Shown piece by piece: positions 20,801-31,814 of a stretch of DNA of 64,000 nt. The position numbers were made by a program, and so were the translations under genes. A model generated the notes under the pieces. That model was not told the DNA's origin. It ran no database searches and saw only the letters and a program-made list of their open reading frames with translations. Where the stretch lies: assembly GCF_964355755.1 (NCBI RefSeq), contig NC_092680.1, positions 9,052,001-9,116,000 of the forward strand, in the 5' to 3' direction. The DNA is from Antedon mediterranea (Eukaryota; Animalia; Echinodermata). Every line of letters starts with the position of its first letter. Within the stretch, counting starts at the first letter, position 1.

Positions 20801-23800
20801 CGACTATCTAGGCTACAGTAAATCCCTATAACACTCCGACTCTCCGTGGTGTGGCACTATTATTAGCAAAGAATATATATCACAAGAATGAGTATTCCGC
20901 GATTTTTGCATGAGAAATTTGTAACAGAGAGCGCCAGTGAGTGATGCCCGCCCTCATAAGGGCGGATGTATACATACTAAATAAGACTTGATTTAATAGA
21001 TATTATACATGTCACATTAAATAGAATTATGATAATAGTTTTTGCAATTGTAAACTATTTTATAATACATATTTACTGTATTAACAAACTAGTGTACATT
21101 CACTTTTACAGAAAATTATTTACTAACATGCTAAGTTAATTCACAAAAAAGGCCTAACACAGCAACACCAAAAATCAATGAATCGTTACTCAGCACGGCC
21201 TATTCTTTACCATTGCCGTGTACTACTCTACGCCCGGTAAATTAAGTATAAAATTAAGTATAAAATACATGTTATTAATAGGACAAAATGTTAAATGTTA
21301 TTAACATTTATTTGTTTTACCAGAAACAAGTTAAATATAGGAATATTATTAAACAATCCTTCGTGAAAACGCGTAAACACCAACAGGCCCGGTCACGCTA
21401 TCGTAGCGCCCGGTTGATAAAGCAAACTGTTTATACGGCAGTTTTTACTAAATAAATTGCATAAAACGAACAATTAAATATCCAAATAGTATTTAACATG
21501 ATGTTGGCATGTAGTTGATAACATTTTTTATCATGAAAATACTACCGGTGGTCTAGCCTTTGATTATTGAAACCGTCACAAAAAGTTGTATACATCCCAG
21601 ATACATCCACACTTATGGCGGCGCCCTACCACATGGACAATATTACTGTTACAGGGAAAATCGCGGAATACTCATTCTTGTGATATATATTCTTTGTTAT
21701 TAGTGCAAGCTATAATTCACTTCCCAGAGCTCTGGACATGCGCAATAGCGTGTCGGATTCCCTAACGGTGGGCAGTTGAGTTCCGGTGCCGGAATCCTAA
21801 CCACGGCGTATATTATTCGGCATAGGCAGTACAGATAGATATACATAATTATTTAAATGTGAAATTTTATAGGGACCGTAGGCTACGTTGGCCCATCATA
21901 CAAAGTCGCCCCATCGCAAAGTTGCCCAGACACAGTCGCCCCGACGCAGTCGCCCCATCGCAAAGTCGTCCCAACGCAAAGTCGCCCCATTGCAAAATTG
22001 TTTATAGCACTTTACATTAGAAATGGTACTGTATAACATTTTAAATTTATTTATACACTATATTAAAAAATTACTTAAAAATTAATTAAAGTTGTATATA
22101 TATTGATTAAATTATAAAATAATATAAACCCTTTCAATACCTACTGTAATCTAAAGATTTTAGTTTTAAATTCGGCTATGTAGCAAGGCCACTATCTAGC
22201 CCTAAAGACATTGTTTCCTTTTATTGTCAACCTTAATTTGTTATGATTACGAGTATATATTTTATTATTGTATTTTGAAAACTTATTACATTTATTTCAG
22301 CTAATTGGATGCAATCAAATTAACTATTCAGAAAGCAGTTATACAACCATTAACCTCCAAATAGCTCTGGGGTACACACTTGGTTTATGTCTGTGTTTTG
22401 AAAATGGTAAGCTTTAGTTTTTTTTTTTATTAGTGTTATTATTAATGCTGCTGTCAATCCCTATTCTGGGAACTCCTATTAAACACTTTTAAAGAGGTTC
22501 ATGTACTACTGGTTTTGTCAGCTAGTACATATTTAGTTAAATTGGGACGATAAAAGGTGATGGTAAACATTAGGGACTTTACAGGACGGGAGGCTACAGG
22601 ATGGCGCTCATGGATAATTTATGCAGTGGGAAGAGCTAAGCATGAAATTCTGTCGTCTTAACTTTTTAAGGGCTATATAATTACCATTTTCCCGTTCTAC
22701 TAGAAAAAAATGTACATATTACCTTAAATATACAGTTCAAATTACACTTAGAAGTGGAATTTTCAAAATAATAATAATATTTGAACTTCTAATTTAATTG
22801 TTTGACGAATTAAAATTGTTATTCGGTTAAAATGGCTGTCCTAAAAGCAATACATTTTGCGCGGCGTTTAAATGCGAGGCCTCTAGCTAGAAGGCTTATG
22901 CTGTATCACCAGAGTCAAGCAATTCAGAAGGGCGCGCCCCGAGACAGAGGAGGGAGAGAGATTCTACCGGTGCATTAACAGGCTATGCCGAGTCACTGTT
23001 TATGATTTTACGCTCTAGCGAACACAGGATATTTGTCTTCTTCTCCTAACCATCCTGTTTCGTAAAGTCCCTAATTTTAAAATAAGGACGTATATTTTAC
23101 TTGACAGGTGGCTTCTTAAATCCTTCTATAGCATTGGTGGGCTGGATACTTGGTAAAATAGACACAAAGGAGCTAGCTGCAGCCGTATTGGCTCAGTTCT
23201 TTGGTGCAATTTGTGGTGCAATACTGATGAATGCCATCAGTTATGGTAATGTATTTTATCTCTGTAACGTTAAACAAAAAGGTTCTTAACAATAAACAGT
23301 TATAGCAACAACAAGTTAATTATTAAGGTTCCAAGCATCTGCTGTGTATAAAATGTTGATCTTTTTAAGTAAGTAAGTGAATTCTTGGTTAAATATTATA
23401 CATTAATTGATTTTTATGATTTTATACTTCAGATAATGTACCAGTTGCGAAAGAAACAGGTTTTTTTACATTAATTTATGAAAGGATTGTCGGCAAATCA
23501 GAGAATGAAGTTCCTAGCATATTAGCAGTATGATATTTTTTTTTCTGTCTTGCTTTTTGCATTCTTGCAGTAGTAGCCATATTCACATTTGTACACGTTT
23601 TGGTCCTGGCCCTGCTTTCAATACGCAGCAATGCAAGGATCAAACATGGCAACTTACTGGAAAATGTGTGTAAAAATATTGTAAATATGTTATGCATTAC
23701 CAATTTGTGAACTGTGTGGTGCATTGTGTCATGCTGGTGGATGTCATTGTAGTAATGACATGCGGTTTACTACTATTTCACCATATACAGGTAGCAACTT

Positions 23801-26800
23801 ATAATTTACATACAGTACTAACCCCTATAGTTTTCTGAATGACAGGCATACTAGCATACATAATGATTCATGACATAGTGTTCTAAAAGGTGTGTGAACT
23901 ATTTGTAACTGTATATATAATATGTAATATTATATAACACCTTAATAAATTCCTGTCATTTGGCGTGCAATAGTATGCACTATTAAATGATCGTTTAATA
24001 GTACTTTTTTTTCGTGTACGAAAATGAAAATCTCTTAGCGTTTGCTAAATATTTTTTTTTAACATTGCTTTTGAAATACAACAGCGCCACCTATTTTAAA
24101 TGTTATGACTGGTTTCGCGATGGAAGTACATTTTTGGAGAGATATATATATCTACTAATTTAGATCAAAAATTCATTTAAATTTGCTTTAGATCGTTTTT
24201 AGGATTTTGATTAATTAATGAGAACATCTCTACAAGACGTGGAATCGTTGGAAAAAATACAATTATCCTAGATGAATTCCAGTTGCCTGTCGAAGTTTCG
24301 TATTAGGTATTTGCTGCCTTTCAGCCTAGCTAGTAGGCCTAAGCCTGTTAGTACTATTAGGCTTTTTAGCCTTGCTAGGCCTAGGATTGTTTGGTCGTTT
24401 GTTGATATAATTAACACTGTATTATAAAATCCATATAAATATAATATTTAATATAATATTAAACAAGCACGAATGTGCAATACTCGGGGTACAGCGAAAG
24501 AAGCTGTATACAGACGTATACAGTTAGAAAGTAAAGAAAATAGGTTTCGCCAGGGCTCGAAACGGGACCTTCTGCGTGTTAAGCAGACTTGACAACCACT
24601 ACACTACGAAACCTCTTACATTAAAAATGTGGGTTACAGAAATTTTTTTAATCCATTTAAATTACAAATAAATGGTAATAAGCACAAAGCAAAATAAACA
24701 TGTGTAAAAGTGATAATTACCGATTACACAAAATAAGTATTTTAAAAAATAATAAAAATAAGATATACTCTGTATAATTATCATATTGCGTATACAGTAC
24801 TTTTCACCATAAATTAAAAAAAAAAAGGTTTCGTCCGGGCTCGAACCAGGTACCTTCTGCGTGTTAAGTAAACGTGATAACCACTACGCCAAGAATCCGC
24901 ATATAACCATATAACTACATAACGCTGTGGTGTGTGTCACACATTGTGGCTTCTTAATTAAACAAATTAATTAACAAAAAATTAAAAATCCGGCTCTATA
25001 GCTTTGAGGACATGTCCCTGTAGTATGTTCATGCCAAATCCCAGCTCAATAATATAACGAATAAGGGAGGAGTAGTACTTTAAAAATCGCACTTTTTACT
25101 CAATAGTGTCCAGATGGAGGAAGAGAAGGAGAAAATGAGTAAGTACTAGACTCGGGTACCCCGAGTAAAAACAAATGTTACTGTTTTAATCAATGTGAAT
25201 CAAATGTAGGCCTTGGCTAGGGCTACCTTTTATTTGATTCAAATGACAGGAATATATTTAGATGTTATATAAAACAAATAATGAATGTTTTATATTCGTG
25301 TAATGGTACAAATACAGTATAATGGCATTTGGTGAATTCGCCTCGTTGATATATAACCTTTCATCATTCATCTCATGCCATTATTTGTACCATTACACTC
25401 ATAAACATTCATTATTTGTATAATAATGTACTGTATGTATGGCAATACATACATACATCATTATATCTCATGTATTTATTGCCAAGCATTGCAAACCAAA
25501 ATGTGTGCAAGAGCTAACAGAACTAAATCAAATGTTTTTTTTAGAATAATGCTAATAATAATTTTAGCATTTGTGTTATAAATTAAATCTTAATCTTGAA
25601 TGACCAACCAACAATTTACATAACCTAGATATACATTTCAGTGTAAACACAAATCTTTTTTTTTTCATATTTTCTAGTTTTTTACAAAGTCTGCCTTGCT
25701 AATGATAGGAGTGATGTCAATCATCGATGAACGTGGTATTAATGCCCCAAAGTATTTGCAACCATTCATGATTGGTACAATCCTTTTCTCCATTGGACTG
25801 ACAACCAATCGCAAAACGTACTGTTTTTTAAACCTTGCACAAGATATATCTCCACGAATTATCTTGAGTTTTTTTTGCAAAAGCTGCGAGACTCCCTGGG
25901 CGTGAGTATTATAAGGAAGCCTTTTATTTACGATAACCAACGACTTGAGAAAAGGCTAGGTCATGTCAAGTGATTGTCGTCAGTCTGCATTATACACGCA
26001 TTGAATTGACATGACCAAGTTAGGTTGTCTGTCGTCGCAAAAATCTAAAAACTACCTATTATTGTAGTTAGTGATTTGATGTGATGTATTTATTTTATTT
26101 ACTTTTTTTCTTCAAAAAATGAAATTGATTTAACATATATTTTATTATACAGATATTGCCTGCTTAGAGGTTAAATATAAGATTTGACATCCCCTAGGGA
26201 ATGATATTTTATTCGATGGAATTAATTTCCCGAAGCGCGAAGCGCTATTAGAGAAATATATTCCCTTGAACAAAATTTTATTCCCAAGGGGTTGTCAAAT
26301 CTTATATTTTACCAATATAAAAGGCGATATCTGTTAACAACAAGTTGAATATCTACTGCTGGGTCGGGTGTAGCTAGGCCTCCTTTGTAATAAGCCTGTC
26401 TCCTAGTTGCATTCACCTTACCTTGCGAAGAATAATATACAGATAATAATTACTAATTAATAATTCCTTGGCAATAAAATATTCACCTAGATCTAGGTTG
26501 TTGAAATTAACAGAAGAATTTCCATCAATAAGCCTACATTAACAATAATCATATTATAATCAGTCAGCCTAGGCCGAATAATTCTTCTTCGTCTTCTTCG
26601 AGGAGCCGAATCACCAGATGTTCACAGCATAACTGGTTTACTACCATGAGTATTAATCAATCACAAACAGTCTTTCATCACATCTAGGGAGGACTAATAA
26701 CAAATGAGGGCGCTATGTATGCATAGCCAAATGCGATTGTTGCCAGACAAAAATTACAATATCATCGTACTTGAGAATTTGCTGAATTTTATGTGTTATT

Positions 26801-29178
26801 GACAGGGACACGATAATTACGCGAAAATTACTCAGTCAATATCATCGTACTCAAGAATATATACGATCCTCGCAGCGGTAGTCATGTGATGCAGTTTCAA
26901 CCAATCACGTTCATGTATTTACATAGGCTATGTAATATATATATATATATTTAACATATATTTTGTATATATAATATACACTAAAATTATGTTTTGTTTT
27001 GTAGGCCTTATAACCAAACAGCTGGTGGGTGGAAAATAGAAATATTTGGACCTGTAATAGGAACAATCATTGGTGCATTTATTTACGTAATATTCATTGA
27101 ATTGCACCATAAACCATATGGTAAGCTATTACTGTTGCCTTTTATCGTTTGATAGTTTTGTTTTACAATTATTTTTAAAGAAGCAGGGTCTACAATGTAA
27201 AACAATAATTCTATGTTTAATACAGTAATTCAATAATATTACTAACATAAGTACTGTAGGCCCTACTTTAATGTAATTAGCATAACAGTGTTCTGGTTCC
27301 TGTAATAGTATCTACTTCTAACTATTTTTTTTTAAATTTTGAAAATAATGTTTAGTTCCTGGTTTAATTTTGTGTTTCTGTTATTCAGATTATGTTAAAG
27401 CAGAGGATACTGATGTTACTGATGATGGTGCAATTAGTGACGGTAAGGGTATAATAAAGTTTAATCCAAATAATTGGAAAGATGCTCATATTACACCTAT
27501 TCTTAAAGTAGGTTCCCGTGTTGAACCATCTAACTACTGTCCTATAAGCCTTACTTCTGTTGTGTGTAAACTCCTTGAGAAGTTTATAAAAAAATCTATT
27601 ATGCACCATCCTAAATCTAATAATTTACTGAGCAAACACCAACACGTTTTCGGTCCCGTCGATCCTATCTTACCCAACTTTTAGAATTTTTCCAAGATTT
27701 ACACAATGCTAAGGACGATAGTGACCCAATAGATATTATCTATCTTGATTGCAGAAAGGCTTTTGACACTGTACCACATATGCGACTTATGTCCCAAACT
27801 TGTATTCTCCAATGGATTTCAAATTTTCTTAGTCATAGACGTCAATGTGTCTCAGTCAAAGGATCTTTTTCTTCATGGCTTCCAGTTGTTAGTGGTGTGC
27901 CCCAGGGCTCCGTCCTTGGTCCTATTTTATTTCTGGTGTTTGTGAATTATCTATTAGATGATCTTAGATCAAGCGGCAAAATTTACAGACAAATATGTAC
28001 CCCACATGACAGTGTTATTCTTCAAGATGATCTTGAGAAGTTACAGGTTTAGAGTCATAAATGGTTGTTGCACTTCAATGAAAAGAAATGCACAACTTTG
28101 CATGTTGGACTATGAAATCCTCAACATTGTTATTCATTAGGTGGCTCATTGTTAACTACCTCTAAAGAGCAAAAAGATTTAGGTATTACTGTTACCTCTG
28201 ACTTAAGTCTACGGTTCATGTTGGTAAGATTGCCGCAAATTCAATGATAGGTACTATTCGACACGCCTTTACCTTTATGGATTCCAAAATGTTTCTTGCC
28301 TTATACAAAACTTTAGTTCGTCCTATTTTGGAGTTTTCTGTTCATCATGGTCACCGTAATTAAAGAAGAGCATTATTAAACTTGAGAAGGTTCAAAATCA
28401 TTCAACTAAGTTAGTGTCAGAACTCCAAAATCTTTCTGCACAGGAACTGCTTTCTAGGTTTGGTCTATCGTCACTCGAAGATAGACGTAGTAGAGGTGAC
28501 ATGATTGAAACTTATAAGATTGTTCATGGTCTTGACAATGTTTGTTTTTCCGACTTTTTGACTTTCCAAAATTCTTCTGGCCATTTTACACGAGGTCATC
28601 CTTTTAAGTTGTGTAAACCTCGGTTTAATACATTTAGTAGAGCCTCTTTCTTTGATTTACACATGGAACTCATTACCCTTTCACATTGTTTCAAGCCCAA
28701 CACTTAACACTTTCAAACGAACATATGACTCACACATAAACACTATGAGAGGAGGCAGCCTCTACGAGTAAATACTCTTTGCCTCCTTATTTCACTAAGG
28801 TAAGCATCACACCACCTCCTGGCTTTGTTTTTAAAAAGCCTTATCCTAGTGGTTTTATGAATAGACTACAGCATTCTAATCAGCACAGTCAACCATTTGC
28901 TTGATTGTAAACTTGTTGATGTAAAGGTTTAATTTCAATAAATTATTACTATTTTCTATATGCTTGGTTGAGCTTTGTTTTACTTATTGTTTTCTTTTGA
29001 AAATGTTGTCTGATACAACTCATAATCTCATAATTTGTTTTGGAGTATAAGAATTATTTTTAAATAACATGGCAATTGTTATATTTCAGACATTTCAGAC
29101 AACACCTATCGTTATGATGAAGTGAAACAAGATGTTGATTTTGTACGGTCAAGAAAAGTGGCTAACAGTAGGAACTAA
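17892..29178 (+). CDS. Divergent aquaglyceroporin (AQP3/7/9/10-like MIP channel, ~309 aa, 8 coding exons)
   Basis: Exons 17892-17999, 22301-22406, 23108-23245, 23433-23527, 25678-25901, 27005-27120, 27389-27442, 29090-29178 (930 nt, open frame). FLSESVGMLMFV|LIGC, GGFLNPSIAL, AQFFGAICGA, SIIDER, FLNLAQDISPRI, GPVIGTIIGAFIY. The first five intron positions and phases correspond to those of vertebrate AQP3. Confidence 0.88.
18333..19131. mobile_element. Non-autonomous TIR element, TGT...ACA termini, 4-bp TSD (Ginger-like), with internal TTGCGCAA palindrome arrays
   Basis: TTTG|TGTTATGCGCGATTTGAACGATTTGCGCAA ... TTGCGCAAATCGTTCAAATCGCGCATAACA|TTTG. Inserted into a HINE 5' end (GTTATCCGC-ACTTG-GCGGATAAC at ~18297). 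Confidence 0.8.
19607..20521 (-). mobile_element. HINE-like Helentron element nested in the MULE-like element
   Basis: Terminal hairpin AGTTATCCGC-CAAGT-GCGGATAACT (20494-20518), CTAG at the other end (~19609). Internal CG-rich core (20030-20330) is a diverged reverse complement of the 2870-3140 core. Confidence 0.6.
20867..21696. mobile_element. MITE with 40-bp TIRs, CAAAG termini and 7-bp TSD (P-element-like)
   Basis: TTATTAG|CAAAGAATATATATCACAAGAATGAGTATTCCGCGATTTT ... AAAATCGCGGAATACTCATTCTTGTGATATATATTCTTTG|TTATTAG. Confidence 0.85.
21885..22000. repeat. Short tandem array of ~14-16-bp CAAAGTCGCCCCATCG units
   Basis: About 7 degenerate copies are visible. Likely a transposon subterminal repeat. 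Confidence 0.7.
22572..23072. mobile_element. MITE with AGGGACTTTAC termini (PIF/Harbinger-related)
   Basis: AGGGACTTTAC...ACAGGATGG at the left and CCATCCTGTTTCGTAAAGTCCCT at the right; flanks ATT/AAT. Lies in aquaporin intron 2. Confidence 0.6.
24542..24613 (-). pseudogene. tRNA-Val(AAC)-derived copy (degenerate)
   Basis: GGTTTCGTAGTGTAGTGGTTGTCAAGTCTGCTTAACACGCAGAAGGTCCCGTTTCGAGCCCTGGCGAAACC. Acceptor and anticodon stems are perfect with an AAC anticodon; D- and T-stems are damaged. Confidence 0.8.
24827..24898 (-). pseudogene. tRNA-Val(AAC)-derived copy (degenerate)
   Basis: GGATTCTTGGCGTAGTGGTTATCACGTTTACTTAACACGCAGAAGGTACCTGGTTCGAGCCCGGACGAAACC followed by a T run. A and B boxes are intact; acceptor and anticodon stems are mismatched. 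Confidence 0.75.
26149..26935. mobile_element. Repeat with a ~185-bp terminal palindrome (centre CCGAAGCGCGAAGCGC), possibly Crypton-type non-autonomous
   Basis: ACAGATATTGCC...AATATAAGATTTGACA-CCCCT-GGGAAT and its reverse complement ending GGCGATATCTGT (26149-26335). The extent beyond the palindrome is inferred. Confidence 0.45.
27466..28805 (+). mobile_element. Decayed CR1-clade LINE (RT 3' part) in aquaporin intron 7
   Basis: WKDAHITPILK..NYCPISLTSVVCKLLEK, SGVPQGSVLGPILFLVF, RRSRGDMIETYKI, TRGHPFKL; many stops and frameshifts. Confidence 0.9.
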
Positions 29179-29617
29179 TTCACTGTGTGCATTTCCTCAA
29201 TGATTTTTTGTTGCCACAGTTTTACCAAATGATATGGGTCCAGGCATACAGATCTCTATGGTCCAGGTGACAACCAGTGTAGGTCATAGATCATCAGAGA
29301 AGCTCCATATTAGAGGTTAAAAGAATTGAATCAATATGATTATTTTGTAACAATTTGACTGACGAGTGCTAATACCGTAAAGATACTTCTACTGCAAATT
29401 TAAATGACTACCGATATTTATTTTTTATACTTTTGATTTGTATTTTATTTATTGTTTTTACATTCCAAATTAGAAATTCATCAAATTTTCCTTTTATAAT
29501 TTTATTTTTATATCTAAAAATACTAAAATTGAAATATGAAATTGAAGATGAATTTCTAAACAATTTTATATCATTACTGTATAAGGAATTAAATACATTA
29601 GTTTAAAACAAATTATT

Positions 29618-30940
29618 AGCCAGCAATTATTGATACTCTGTTTTTAGACATGAGCAAAGCATTTGATAAAATGCCCTTCGACATCTTATTAACAAAAATT
29701 GCTGTAAATTTTAATATTCAAGGTAATATCTGGAAATGGATATCTTCATACTTGACTGACAGGAATCAGAAAGTTTGTTTCAGGGGGGCTACTTCTTCCG
29801 TACTTCCAGTCACATCGGGTATACCTCAGGGCAGTTGTCTTGGTCCAATTTTATTCAATATGTTTGTGAACGATGTTAATCATAATGTTTCTTCTGAATG
29901 TTTTCTTTTTGCAGATGATATAATACTATATAGACACAGACAAAATGCCAACGATATTGTTAATTTGCAAAATGATATAAATATTTTATCTAATTGGGCT
30001 GATAAGAATCAAATGAAATTCAATGTCAACAAAACTAAATTAATGCATATCACCAGAAAGCGTAACTTTGTTAAGCCGTTGTACTTTCTTAATGGTGAGA
30101 CAATTGCGGTGGTTGATAGCCATAAACATTTAGGAGTACATATCGATTCTAAACTGAATTGGAATGTTCAAATCAATAATCTAATATCTAAAGCTAATCG
30201 AATGTTAGGCTTTATTTTTCTGTAGCCGGAAATTGTTCTCCAGACGCAATTTCGTGTCTGTACAAAACTTTGGTGCTACCTATTCTAGAGTATGGTTTGC
30301 CGGTGTGGGGCCCCAGAAATGGAGGACACATAAAACGCCTCGAACAGGTTCAGCGACGGGCCTCTAGACGTATTCTGGGACCCCACTGCGGACCTATATC
30401 ATACGACGAACGTTTAATAACTTTGGGTTGGTTATCCTTACGTGATAGACTTTTAATGATTTTAATTTCCTTTATATTTCGTTGTTTTTATAATGTAACT
30501 TGTTGTAGTACTGTAAATAATAATATCCATATCAATCAACGCCATCCTGAATTACTCACATTTGTCCACCCTTTTGCACGTACCGATACTTTAAAATATT
30601 CGTCTATCAACAATTTTCCTGTTATATGGTCATCACTACCCTCCATAATCAAAGATCAAGCAGTTACTCTTCCTTTGAAAAATTTCCTGTCGAAATTGAA
30701 AAAAATATCTGCTTGATCAACGCTAAATTTATTTTAATTGTATAGGTGTATTTTAAATTGTGTAACACAGTAATACAAATTAATTAAATTTTTTATATAT
30801 TCTGTATATTTTATATTCATTTTTAACTTGTATTAAGTTGTATGTTACAGGGATTGCGGACACAAATGTGTTATGGCGCTCTGTTGCTGTCGCAACCCCT
30901 GGACCGCTTGTTGTCGAATAAAGAAATGAAAAAATGAAAA
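29618..30940 (+). mobile_element. 5'-truncated CR1/L2-group LINE (RT domain to 3' tail)
   Basis: LDMSKAFD, SGIPQGSCLGPILF, FADD, HKHLGV, LEQVQRRASR; one frameshift at ~30220; 3' tail GAATAAAGAAATGAAAAAATGAAAA. Confidence 0.92.
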
Positions 30941-31814
30941 TATGCAAACCATTTTATAGATATTCGATCGATTTTACTTTCTTTATTACTTCTAACTCAT
31001 ACTGTTTTAACAATTATTTATATAGATACTGTAAGAGAACGTATTGTAGACCATAATAATATGAGTTGTAAAAATGGCAAAACTTAGTTTTTAAAAGTAA
31101 ATATTTTAAAAAGGATTAATGAAGTTAAATGAAGTTGTATATTAATATTTATTATGAATGTCGACAAATTGGTTGCGATAAAAATATTTGTTTTTAAATG
31201 CTTAGTGTCCAATTGTGTGTGCTTACAAATTATTCTTGTATTTTTAATAGTACATTTAAGTAGTATAATGCAGATCATAGAAGAAGTACAACAGACAAAT
31301 CAAATTGGTTCACCTCTTTCATTGGAGTAAAATTCATGTGTACAGAGATTCATTTAATTTGCATATGTTTAATCAGTCCTGTCAATTTTAATGTTAGTGT
31401 TTGATTTATATAACAACAAATTAATATTACTGTATTCCAAACAGGTTATATTCATTTATTGTGATTTATACATGCCCATTATCTAATGTATATATTTTTA
31501 CAACATTTTAAATGTTTGGTGTGTAATTGTACATTGTGATTTTGTAGTTTAAGCATTTGATGCTTTTAAATGTAGGCAATGGTAGAACAGACACTGTCAA
31601 ATGTAAGCAGTCGAATACCTACTTGCCTTTGGCTTGTTTTTTTCTCTTTAAGTAAGTAAGTAAAGCAAATATCATGAATTATTAATCGAGTCAAAACCTT
31701 GCACATTCACATTAATAATTTGTACAGGAATGGCTAAGTTCTGTCTTTATTTTGGAAGTTACATGAGGGAGTTCAACTTCCTGTCCTGTGTATTCTTAAA
31801 TCCAGCTTATATGT

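Larger units (their letters stand above)
19298..21808. mobile_element. Non-autonomous TIR element with 9-bp TSD (MULE-like) hosting two nested insertions
   Basis: TATATTATT|CGCCGTGGTTAGGATTCCGGCACCGGAACTCAACTGCCCA ... TGGGCAGTTGAGTTCCGGTGCCGGAATCCTAACCACGGCG|TATATTATT. The TIRs extend imperfectly to ~75 bp. Confidence 0.85.
24461..25171 (-). mobile_element. HINE-like Helentron element carrying two tRNA-Val copies, inserted in another repeat
   Basis: Minus strand: 5' TTTTACTCGGGGTACCCGAGT hairpin, 3' subTIR GTACCCCGAGTA plus hairpin GCAC-ATTC-GTGC plus TTGTTT. It splits the repeat whose uninterrupted copy is at 14640-15140. Confidence 0.75.

Noticed and set aside
24542-24898. Functional tRNA-Val genes
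   Set aside because: Each copy has broken stems and both lie inside a mobile element, so they are reported as pseudogenes.
27370-27684. Aquaporin exon 7 reading through into LINE RT as a fusion protein
   Set aside because: A good GTAAG donor at 27443 and an in-phase terminal exon at 29090 explain it; the LINE frame soon breaks.
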